From Malacoraja senta (Eukaryota): a stretch of DNA of 64,000 nt. The first letter of the stretch is position 1, and each line of letters begins with the position of its first letter. The position numbers and the translations under genes were made by a program. Shown here one piece after another: positions 11,501 through 22,900 of the stretch. The stretch lies in NCBI GenBank assembly GCA_038087875.1, contig CM075992.1, positions 8,558,001-8,622,000 on the forward strand. Reading direction: 5' to 3'. The notes under the pieces were generated by a model. The model was not told where the DNA came from, did not search any database, and worked only from the letters and a program-made list of their open reading frames with translations.

Positions 11501-13250
11501 ATGGTCTGCATCCCAGGGTCCTCGGGGACGTGGCTCTAGAAATATTGGACGCATTGGTGATCATTTTCCAATGTTCAATAGATTCAGGATCAGTTCCTGT
11601 GGATTGGAGGATAGCTAATGTTATCCCACTTTTCAAGAAAGGAGCGAGAGAGAAAACGGGGAATTACAGACCAGTTAGTCTGACTTCGGTGGTGGGAAAG
11701 ATGCTGGAGTCAATTATTAAAGAGGTAATAATGGGGCATTTGGATAGCAGTAAAAGGATTAGTCCAAGTCAACATGGATTTATGAAAGGGAAATCATGCT
11801 TGACTAATCTTCTGGACATTTTTGAGGATGTGACAAGTAAAATGGATGAAGGGGTGCCAGTGGATGTAGTGTATCTAGACTTTCAGAAAGCCTTTGATAA
11901 GGTCCCGCACAGGAGACTGGTGACTAAAATTAGAGCACATGGTATTGGGGGTAGGGTGTTGACATGGATAGAAAATTGGTTGGCAGACCGGAAGCAAAGA
12001 GTAGGAGTGAATGGGTCCTTTTCAGAATGGCAGGCAGTGGCGAGTGGACTGCCGCAAGGCTCGTTGTTGGGGCCGCAATTGTTTACCACATATATTAATG
12101 ATTTGGAAGAGGGGATTAGGAGCAACACTAGCAAGTTTGCAGATGACACAAAGCTGGGTGGCAGTGTGAACTGTGAAGAGGATGTTAGGAGGTTGTAGGG
12201 TGACCTGGACAGGTTGAGTGAGTGGGCAGATGCGTGGCAGATGCAGTATAATATAGATAAATGTGAGGTTATCCACTTTGGCGGCAAAAACAAGGGGGCA
12301 GATTATTATCTCAATGGGGTTAGGTTAGGTAAGGGGGAGGTACAGCGCGACCTGGGTGTCCTTGTACACCGGTCACTGAAAGTTGGCGTGTAGGTACAGC
12401 AGGCAGTGAAGAAAGCTAATGGAATGTTGGCCTTCATAACAAGAGGATTTCAGTATAGGAGTAAAGAAGTTCTTCTGCAGTTGTATAGGGCTCTGGTGAG
12501 ACCACATCTGGAGTATTGTATACAGTTTTGGTCTCCTAATTTGAGGAAGGACATCCTTGTGATTGAGGCAGTGAAGCGTAGGTTCACGAGATTGATCCCT
12601 GGGATGGCGGGACTGATATATGAGGAAAGATTGAAACGACTAGGCTTGTATTCACTGGAGTTTAGAAGGATGAGGGGAGATCTTATAGAAACATATAAAA
12701 TTATAAAAGGATTGGACAAGCTAGATGCAGGAAAAATGTTCCCAATGTTGGGCGAGTCCAGAACCAGGGGCCACAGTCTTAGAATAATGGGGAGGTCATT
12801 TAAGACTGAGGTGAGAAATAACTTTTTCACCCAGAGTTGTGAATTTATGGAATTCCCTGCCACAGAGGGCAGTGGAGGCCAAATCACTGGATGGATTTAA
12901 GAGAGAGTTAGATAGAGCGCTGGGGGCTAGTGGAGTCAAGGGATATGGGGAGAAGGCAGGCACGGGTTATTGATAGGGGACGATCAGCCTTGATCACAAT
13001 GAATGGCGGTGCAGGCTCGAAGGGCCGAATTGCCTGCTCCTGCACTAATTTTCTATGTTTCTATGTTTCTATGAGGAAACACTTTTTCACAGAGAGTTGT
13101 GAGACTGTGGAATTCTCTGCCTCAGAGGGCGGTGGAGGCCCGTTCTCTGGACACTTTCAAGAGAGAGCTAGATAGGGCTCTTAAAGATAGCAGAGTTAGG
13201 GGATATGGGGAGAAGGCAGGAATGGGGTACTGATTGTGGATGGTCAGCCA
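8536..13250 (+). mobile_element. Older CR1 fragment (8536-10234 and 13071-13250) interrupted by a younger CR1
   Basis: gtagaacggag|atgaggaaacac is contiguous in the paralogous copy near 1361-1382 but is split here. Confidence 0.9.
10235..13070 (+). mobile_element. Younger 5'-truncated CR1 LINE (endonuclease + RT ORF2, few lesions) with (TTTCTATG)n tail
   Basis: GITGTWL, GVIYRPP, MGDFN, SDH endonuclease motifs; 504-aa ORF 10684-12198 with KFADD; absent from the paralogous site. Confidence 0.95.
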
Positions 13251-13442
13251 TTTACTAGATTCTATTCATTCCATTGTAATCGCGAACAAGGGGAAGGGTT
13301 ATTAAGATGCTATTAGTCACCAGGAGTTGTGTTTTCCGCATTGCACACAATATGTTATTCAACGTTTCCATAGTATTTCGCTGCATATGTAAATAAAATG
13401 ATCTCCCGACTGTTTATTCAGCTTTTATTTTCTGCCGTACAG

Positions 13443-13612
13443 CGCAGTGCAGAAGAATGCAAGGAGTGTGTAGGGTGGGTTCACGCAACAACTTTGAGGA
13501 AATCGGAACTTGCACCTACAAGATGAAATGTTGCAGATTCACCACCGTCAGACTAAAGAAATCCCTCCTCATCTCCTTCCAAAAGGAACGTCCTTTTATT
13601 CTGAGGCTGTGA
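13443..13612 (+). CDS. Beta-defensin mature-peptide exon, type B copy 2: five Cys (Cys3->Ser), C-terminus read through into an antisense CR1 fragment; functional status uncertain
   Basis: Acceptor AG 13441-13442; AQCRRMQGVCRVGSRNNFEEIGTCTYKMKCCR then FTTVRLKKSLLISFQKERPFILRL* (TGA 13610-13612). Near-identical to the 1744 copy up to 13537. Confidence 0.7.
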
Positions 13613-14919
13613 CCGCTAGTCCTAGACTCTCCCACTAGTGGAAACATCCTCTCCACATCCACTCTATCCAGGCCTTTCACTATTCGGTAAGTTTCAAGCG
13701 GTCCACCCTCGTCCTTCTAAAGTGTTGATCGGCGCTATGTAAATGCAAGTTCAGTATCAGTGAATCTCTATCAGAATCGTATGTGGTGCTTTCACCCAAA
13801 GTGTGCGGTGCAAACTGACAGACAGACACAGGGATGTAATGCTGAGGCTCTATAAGGCGCTGGCAAGGCGGCATTTGGAGTATTGCGAGCAATTTTGGGC
13901 ACCATATCTGAGGAAGGATGTGCTGGCTCTGGAGAGGGTCCAGAGGAGAGTCTAGGACTAGAGGTCATAGCCTCAGAATTAAAGGACGTTCCTTTAGAAA
14001 GGAGACGAGGAGGAATTTCTTTAGTCAGAGGTTTCAAAGGTCGTTTATTGTCACATGTACCAATCAAGGTACAGTGATATGTAAATTACCATACAGCCAT
14101 ATGGGAAAAAAGCAACAAGACACACAACTACATAAAAGTTAACATAAACATCCACCACAGCAGATTCCCCACATTCCTCACTGTGATGGAAGGCAAAAAA
14201 GTACACTTCTTTCTCTTTATTCACCTGTCCTGTCCCTTTGAGTTACTCCAGTATTATTTCTCAATTTCCACTCCAGCAATGCAGCAGTCCAGAACATTCT
14301 TTTGGTAATGAGATGAAGAGGAATTTCTTTAGTCACAGGGTGGTGAATCTGTGGAATTCATTGCCATAAAAGGCTGTGGAGGCCAAGTCAGTGGATATTT
14401 TTAAGGCAGAGATAGATAGATTCTTGATTAGTACTAGCCCTTGTCATTTCCACCCTGGGGAGAAAGGTTCTGACTGTCTACCCTATCTATGTGTAGGAAG
14501 GAACTGCAGATGCTGGTTAAACTGAAGATAGACACATAATGCTGGAGTAACTCAGCGGGACAGGCAGCATCTCTGGAGAGAAGGAATGGGTGATGTTTCG
14601 GGTCGCTGCCTATTCTGCTGAATCACTCCAGCTTTTTGTGTCTATCTTCGGTGTAAAGCAGCATCTGCAGTTCCTTCCTCCATTCTGGTAAACCTCCTCT
14701 GCACCCTCTCCAGCGCCTCCACATTCTTCCTGTAATGGGGGTGACCAGAACTGCACACAATACTCCAAATGCAGCCTGACCGAGGTGCTATGAAGCTGCA
14801 AAGTGTTAAAGAGACGTGTTGCTCATTGCCAGCGTTGGTTTACCCTGCTGTCTGATGTTTAAAAATAGCATTTGAGTCCCAGTCCGACTCATCTTCCTGC
14901 GTTCCTGTTGCTCTGACCT

Positions 14920-15663
14920 AGATACATAGATACATAGAAAATAGGTGCAGGAGTAGGCCATTCGGCCCTTCGAGCCTGCACCGCCATTCAATATGATCAT
15001 GGCTGATCATCCAACTCAGTATCCCGTACCTGCCTTCTCTCCATAACCCCGATCCCTTTAGCCACAAGGGCCACATCTAACTCCCTCTTAAATATAGCCA
15101 ATGAACTGGCCTCAACTACCCTCTGTGGCAGAGAGTTCCAGAGATTCACCACTCTCTGTGTGAAAAAGTTTTTCCTCATCTCGGTCTTAAAGGATTTCCC
15201 CCTTATCCTTAAGCTGTGACCCCTTGTCCTGGACTTCCCCAACATCGGGAACAATCTTCCTGCATCTAGCCTGTCCAACCCCATAAGAATTTTGTATGTT
15301 TCTATAAGATCCCCTTCAATCTCGTAAATTCTAGCGAGTATAAGCCAAGTCTATCCAGTTTTTCTTCATATGAAAGTCCTGACATCCCAGGAATCAGTCT
15401 GGTGAACCTTCTCTGCACTCCCTCTATGGCTATAATGTCCTTCCTCAGATTTGGAGACCAAAACTGTACGCAATACTCCAGGTGTGGTTTCACCAAGACC
15501 CTGTACAACTGCAGTAGAACATCCCTGCTCCTATACTCAAATCCTCTTGCTATGAAGGCCAACATACCATTCGCTTTCTTCACTGCCTGCTGCACCTGCA
15601 TGCCTACTTTCAATGACTGGTGTACCATGACACCCAGGTCTCGCTGCATCTCCCCATTTCCTC
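14920..15663 (-). mobile_element. CR1 LINE 3' fragment
   Basis: ORFs 15302-15649 and 14997-15284 encode the CR1 ORF2 C-terminus; 3' UTR and short tandem tail. Confidence 0.92.
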
Positions 15664-17561
15664 AACCCATCCAGTGTCTGAGAGCGTCGCTGGTATCCAG
15701 GATCAAGATCAAGCTAGTGCCATAGAGTCATTGAGCCATACAGCACAGAAACAGGCCCTTTGGCCCAACTTTGCCATGCTAACCAAGATGCCCTAACTAT
15801 GTTTAAGAAAGAACTGCAGATGCTGGAAAAATCGAAGGGAGACAAAAATGATGGAGGAACTCAGCAGGTGAGGCAACATCTCTGCAGAAAAGGAATAGGT
15901 GACATTTTGGGTCGGAACCCTTCTTCAAACTGTTGAGTAACTCAGTTTATCAGGTAGTAACTTCTATAAACACTTTATAAGATTATAAGAATATAAATGT
16001 GATAGGAGCAGAATTAGGCCATTCGGCCCATCAAGTCCACTCCACCATTCAATCATGGCTGATCTATCTCTCCCTCCTAACCCCATTCTCCTGCCTTCTC
16101 CCCATAACCTCTGACACACGTACCAATCAAGACGTAGTCCTTCCTTCCCCTCCCCTACTGGCATGGTTAATTGGCTTGGTAAAATTGTAAAATGTTCCCA
16201 GTGTGTGTAGGAGAGTGTTAATGTACGGGGATCGCTGGTCGGCGCCGGCTCGGTGGGCCAAAGGGCCTCTTTCCACACTGTATCTCCAAAGTAAACTAAA
16301 ATATGGACTTCTCTCTGAGTGAAAAAGTTGCCCTGAAGTCCCTCTTAGATCACTCCCCTCACCGTAAGCCCAAACACTCTAGTTTTAGAATCCTCTGCCC
16401 TCGGAAAAAGAATGTTACCGTTCAATTTATTCATACCCCTCATGATCTTGTACACCTCAATAAGGTCACCCCTCATCCTCCTACGCTCTAATGAACAAAG
16501 TCCCAGCCTATCCAACCTCTCCCTGTATCTCAAGCCCGCAAGTCCAGGTAACACCTTGGTGAATCTCATCTGCACCCTTTAAAACTTAATGACATTTTTC
16601 CCATAACTGGGTGACCACAAATACACACAGTACTCCTCGAGTGACCTCAGCGGCAACTTTTTCTCTCAGAGCGTAATCTGTATCTGGAGTGAGCTGCCAG
16701 ACGCAGCTTAGATTAGTTTAGTTTTCAGATACAGCATGGAAACACGCCCTTCAGCCCACCAAGTCCATGCCGTCCAGCTATACTAAAAGGCCTGTCTCAC
16801 GAATCTGCGGTCTATGGCGGCGAAACGGGAGGAATCTGCCGCCATAGACCGCGCACTCGTGAGAAAGTACAATTCCCGGGCCGTGCGTCGGTGTTCCCAA
16901 CACCGCGCGGTGCTAAAATAAATTCTACACTGTCCAAAACTGAATACTCACCGCACAACCTCCACCAGTGATGCACGAGTGCGCACGGCCGCTCGCACGG
17001 GCCGCCGCCAGTATGGCTCGAGCGCCGTGCGTCAAGCCTCCACTGCCACAGCCTCCGCCAGTGAGGCACGTGCCGCCGCCAGTGACGCACGTGTGCTGCA
17101 CGGCCGCAGGCACAGCCACCACTGCAGCGCCGCGATCTGGACGGCAGCCGCCACAGCCCATCAGATTCAAAATGACGTCATCGCAGTCGGCCCGCCCTTT
17201 TTCTTTGCTGTTCACGTCCAAACCACGCGAGATCTGAGACTTCAACAGTGTAGCATTTTTACCGCGTTTTTCAAACGGAGTATTTTGACAGTTGACTAGC
17301 AACATGAGGAGAGCAAGGAGTGTGAAGAGATCGCTGCAGGATAAAGTACAGAATATTAGTATGGGAAAAATTCAGGTGCTGGAGGGTCCAGCCACTGGCC
17401 CTGCCCCTGCCCCTGCCCCTGCCCCTGCCCCAGCTTCATTACCTGTCCCATCTCCTGCCCCATCTCCTGCCTCAACTGCTTCCACATCTGCTGTCCCATC
17501 TGCTTCTCCATCTGCTGGTCCATGTCCTACTCCAGCTTATGTCCCTGCATGGGTGCGGACA

Positions 17562-18062
17562 TAGGGTTGCCAACTTTCTCACTCCCAAGTAAGGACAAAG
17601 GTCAAAATACAGGACCAATTCCCGACGGCAATTCGTTGACCGACTCGGCCATGGCTGGGTGAATGATGAGTTGGCCCGGGTGCTGGACTGCACATAAAGC
17701 CCAACCGGCTGGTTAGCTGAGGAGTTTTGGCCCTGGCCGCGTGACGTCACGCGCAAAGTCCAGCACCCCAACCAAATCATGAACCGATGATCGGCCATGA
17801 GAAGGAGGGGTGGTGGTGTCGGCGGTAAGCGAAGGGTGGACAGCTGGCTGGGCTGCCGACCGACGGGGCTACGGGCGAGGTGCTGCTGCTGCACTACGTC
17901 GGGACGGGTGAGGCGTGGCCGGACGCGGCGCTCCGACCCGACAGTCCCCTCGACCCGAGTAGTAGCAGTCAAATACGGGACAAGGTCGGTCCCGTACGGG
18001 ACAAACCAATTTAGCTCTGTATACGGGATGTCCCGGCTACTACGGGACAGTTGGCAACCCCA
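17562..18062. mobile_element. hAT-type MITE (TAGGGTTGCCAAC termini), copy 1
   Basis: TIR TAGGGTTGCCAAC at 17562 and GTTGGCAACCCCA ending 18062; similar throughout to 29101-29597; no clear TSD. Confidence 0.8.
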
Positions 18063-18688
18063 CCTGCACACGAACGCAATCCTACATACTCGGGACAATT
18101 TACAATGATACCAAGCTATTTTAACCTACAAACCTGTACATTTTTGGGGTGGACTGAAGTTGTAGATATAATGATGACATTCAAAAGACATTTGGACAGA
18201 TATACTGTATAGTTAAACACAAAGAAACATATTCTGATCCTATTTTAAAAGACTAAACTAAACTGATCTGCTGAGTTACTCCAGCACTTTGTGTCTATCT
18301 AAACCAAACTAAATTACTGTATCTATTTTTCCAGTTCTATTTTTCCTACAAAACTGGATTGTGTTACTGCATTCCGTCATTATATGGGAAATAAGAATGG
18401 CCCAGGTCGGCAACAGTTAACAAAGCATGTTTACTGGATGTAGAAACCCCCGACATCAGTCTGAAGAAGTGTCTCGACCTTCAACTTCGCCTATTCCTTC
18501 TCTCCAGAGATGCTGCCTCACCTGCTGAGTTACTCCGGCAGATGCTGAGTTACTGCAGATGCTGTTGTTTAAGAACAGCATCTGCAGTTCTTAAACAAGG
18601 AACTGAAAATGCTGGTTTATACCAAAGATAGACACAAAGTGCTGGAGTAGCTCTTCGGGTCAGGCAGCATCTCTGGAGAACGTGGATT

Positions 18689-18724
18689 GGTGACGTTTCG
18701 GGTCGGGACCCTTCTTCAGACTGA
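18689..18724 (-). ncRNA. Minimal type-I hammerhead ribozyme-like motif in a Penelope-derived terminal repeat
   Basis: Minus strand reads CAGT-CTGAAGA-A-GGGTC CC GACCC-GAAA-CGTC-ACC: CUGANGA/GAAA core, stem II, palindromic ACGT, GUC triplet; helix I is weak. Confidence 0.6.
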
Positions 18725-19963
18725 TATTCAGATCCCAATCACTCAAACCAAAACATTTACTTGTCAGTCTCACCCCATCAAAGATATTTCCTTCATTCCT
18801 CCCACCCCTCTGCCCGATTTCTTGACGACTAACTTGGTTTCCGCCTCTCACCAGCTCTGAAGCTGGCCCTGAAACTTGAAGTGTGTAGGAAGGTGTAGAT
18901 GATGGTTTACACCGAAAATAGGCACAAAATGCTGTGGTGACTCCGTGGGACAGGCAGCATCTCTGGAGAAAAGGAATAGGTGATGTTTCTGGTCAAGAAC
19001 CTTCTTCAGACCTTGAAGCATGATCTCTGTTTCTCTCTCCATGGCGTCTGCCTGACCTGCTGTGTGTTTCCACCATGTCATAGAGTGATACAGCGGGGAA
19101 ACAGGCCCTTCGGCCCAACTTGCCCACACCGACCTACATGTCCCATCTACACTAATCCCACTTGCCTGCACTTGGTCCATATCCCTCTAAACCTGTTCTA
19201 TCCATGTACCTGTCTAAATGTTTCTTAAACATTGGGATAATCCCTGCCTCAACTACATCCTCTGGCAGCTTGTTCCATACACACACAACCCGTTGTGTGA
19301 AAAAGTTACCCCTCAGGTTCCTATTAAATCTTCCCCCCCTCACCTTAAACCCATGTCCTCTGGTCCTCGATTCACCTACTCTGGGCAAGAGATTCTGTGC
19401 GTATACCCATCTATTCCTCCCATGATTTTATACACCTCTATAAGATCACCCCTCATCCTCCTGCGCTCCAAGGAATAGAGTCCCAGCCTGCTCAACCTCT
19501 CGCTATAGCTCACACCCTCTAGTCCTGGCAACATCCTTGTAAATCTTCTTTTTTTTTTTTTTTTTTTTAAATTTGTATTTATTAGAAGTACATTACATTA
19601 CAACCACATACATTAATACTCGTCATTTATATCTTCTTACAATTAATGTACTCCCTTTATTTATTTTTTTACACTAGAAAAAGAAAAGATTGAAAGAAAG
19701 AAGAAAGTGAAGGAAAAAGTGCAAGTGTAGAAAAGTGTAGAAAATGTAACAACAAAAAAGGACGAAGACCCTATAAGAGCGAAATTAAAAACAAAAAGAA
19801 AAAGAGTTAAGAAATAGGCCCTAAGAAAAGAAAAGAGAAAGAGAAAAAAAGAGAAACAAATGTTTTTTTTTGAGCATCACGTAAATAGGACATACCAACT
19901 CTTCAACTATCATCCCCCCTTACCTGACCTCAATTTTTTATTTTTTTAAAGTACTTTTGCACC

Positions 19964-22900
19964 CTATGTTTGTAATAATTCTATAAATGCAGACCACGTC
20001 AGGTGGAAGTGATCTGGTTTACCTGCTAGGAGGAGTCTTATCTCTTCTAGGTGTAATGTTTCAAACATATTTGAAATCCACATATTTATAGTTGGTATTG
20101 GAGCCTTCTTCCAAAATTTTAGAATTAGCTTTTTTCCAGTTATTAACCCATAGTCCATTAATTTCTTTTGAAACACATTTAGTTCTGGATCATCTTCCGT
20201 TATTCCGAAGATAATCCATTCTGCTTTGGGTATCAGTCTTGTTTTAAATAACTTTGTAAAGATTTCAAAAATTTCATTCCAAAATTTTTGAATTTTTGTA
20301 CAGAAGACAAATGAGTGCGCTATAGTTGCTTCTTGGGATTGACGTTTATCACAAATAGATGATACGTTTGGGAAAATTTTATGAATTTTAGTTTTCGAAT
20401 AATATAATCTATGTAAAATTTTAAATTGTATTAAAGTGTGTCTTACATTAATCGAGCATTTATGCACGTTTAATAAGTATTCATTCCAACTTTCCTTTGA
20501 AATGTTAATAGCTAACTCTTGTTCCCAGTCTCTTCTGATACCCTCCGTAGGTGGTATTTGTACATTTAAAATAATATTATACAAATATGATATTAAGTTT
20601 GCTGATTCCGCTTTTATCTGCATTGCCTCGTCCAATACATCTACTGGATTATTATAATGATCCAAATAGTCGCATATTTGAAAATATTTAAAATATTGAT
20701 TATTTCCGAGTTTATATTTTATTTGTAATTGTTGAAATGAAAGTAATTTTCCAGTTTCATACAAGTCACCAAGCGTTTTAATTCCTAGTCTATCCCATTG
20801 TGTATAAGCTTTATCTATAATAGAAGGACTAAACGAAGGGTTATTGACTATAGGTAATAAAAGTGATAAGTTTCTTAATTTTAAATTTTGTTTTATTTGT
20901 TTCCAAATACGGATTGTACTATGAATAATTGGGTTCTTATTATAGTTTATGTTATTCAGTTTCATTGGAGAGAGGAGGATCGCTCCAATGTTTCTAGAGG
21001 AGCAATCCTCTTTCTCCATTACAATCCAGTCTACTTGCTGGGCGGAGTTATCCATCAGTTGAATCATGTTTTTAATATTTACTGACCAATAATAATACAT
21101 AAAATTAGGTAGTGCTAGACCCCCCAATACTTTAGGTTTATTCAGATGGGTTTTTTGTATTCTATGTGATTTATAGTCCCATATAAAATTAGTGATATCT
21201 GAGTCGAGTTTTTTAAAAAACTTCTTAGGTAAGTATATAGGAATTGATTGAAATAGGTATAAAATTTGTGGTAAAAAGATCATTTTTATTGCGTTTATTC
21301 GGCCTATTAAAGACATCGGGAGCGTTTTCCAGAATTTAATTAATGTATTTAGTTTATTAAGTAGGGGGTCAAAATTTGCCCTGAACATACCTTGATATGT
21401 TCTGGTAATTTCGATTCCCAAATATTTAAATTTTTCTGTAGCTATTTCAAAAGGGAATTTTAAAAGATGTGTTGAATCTTTCGGTTTTATTGACATAATT
21501 TCACTTTTATTCCAATTTATTCTATATCCAGAAAAAGATCCGAAGTCTTCAATTAAATTTAATATGTTTGGTATAGTGATTTGGGGTTTTGTAATATACA
21601 ATAATATATCATCCGCGTATAAAGATATTTTATTATATGAGTCTTTAGTATTATATCCATGAATATCAGGGTGTATTCTAATTTTTTCTGCTAGCGGTTC
21701 AATAATGAGAGCAAACAGCTGTGGTGATAATGAGCATCCTTGTCTATTTCCCCTTGATAGTTGAAATTTCGAGGATAATATGTTATTAGTAAGTATTCTA
21801 GCTGTAGGTTTGTTATATAGTAACTTAATCCATAAAATAAAATTCTCTCCCAGTTGAAATTTTTGTAATACTTTATCCATATAATTCCATTGTACTTGAT
21901 CAAATGCTTTTTCAGCATCCAGCGAAATAATTGATAATTCTTGATCTTCAGATTTGTGTGAGTGCATTATGTTGAGTAGACGTCTCATATTATTAGAAGA
22001 GTATCTCTTAGGGATAAACCCTGTCTGATCTGGGTTTATTAATTTACTAATGTATTTACTTAATCTTCTAGCTAATGTTTTCGCTAATATTTTTTGATCT
22101 GTGTTTAACAATGCTATAGCTCTATATGAGCCAGGTTCTTCTAAATCTTTATTTTTCTTAGGTATTAATGTAATCGTTGATTCCGCTAATGTATCAGGTA
22201 GTATTCGTTTTTTAAAAGCGTATTGGTACATTTTTTGTAATCTTGGTATTATTTTATCATAAAAGCTTTTATAAAATTCATTAGTAAATCCATCAGGGCC
22301 TGGTGTTTTTCCATTTTTTAATGAGTTTATTGTATCTTCTAATTCCTTAATTGAGATTTGTGCACCCAGTTCCTCTTGTTCCTTCAGCTCTAACTTTGGA
22401 AGATTACAGGTATCCAAGAACTTTGTGATATTATTGGAATCAATTATCGTTTTAGATGTATACAAATTCTCGTAAAATTGCGCAAATCTTTTATTAATAT
22501 CCTTCGGTGTTGTTAATAATTCCCCTTTATCTGATTTGATCTTTGGTATAGTATGTTCCTTTTCTCGTTTTTTTAGCTGGCGAGCCAAAAGTTTATGCGG
22601 TTTATCCCCAAATTCAAAGTGCTCTTGTTTTGTAATTTGAAAAAGTCTTATAAGTTTGGCAGATAATAATTTATTTAATTTAAATTTTAAAATTATTATT
22701 TTATTATGTTTATCTATTGATGGATCTTTAGCATTATCTATATCCATTTGTCTAATAAGTTCTTCTAACTGTCTTTGTTCATTCTTATTCTTTTTATTTT
22801 GAAAAGCTTGATATGAAATTATAATACCCCTAATGTATGCTTTAAAAGATTCCCAAAGTAAAGTAGGCGATATATCTGAAGTATCATTTGTTTGAAAAAA

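Noticed and set aside
10983..12887. Long minus-strand ORFs (217, 136, 145 aa)
   Set aside because: They are antisense shadows of CR1 ORF2.
16786..17561. GC-rich ORFs and a PAPAPA-rich ORF as a host gene
   Set aside because: Low-complexity (CCCTGC)n sequence inside a probable DNA-transposon remnant; no domain or exon structure recognised.
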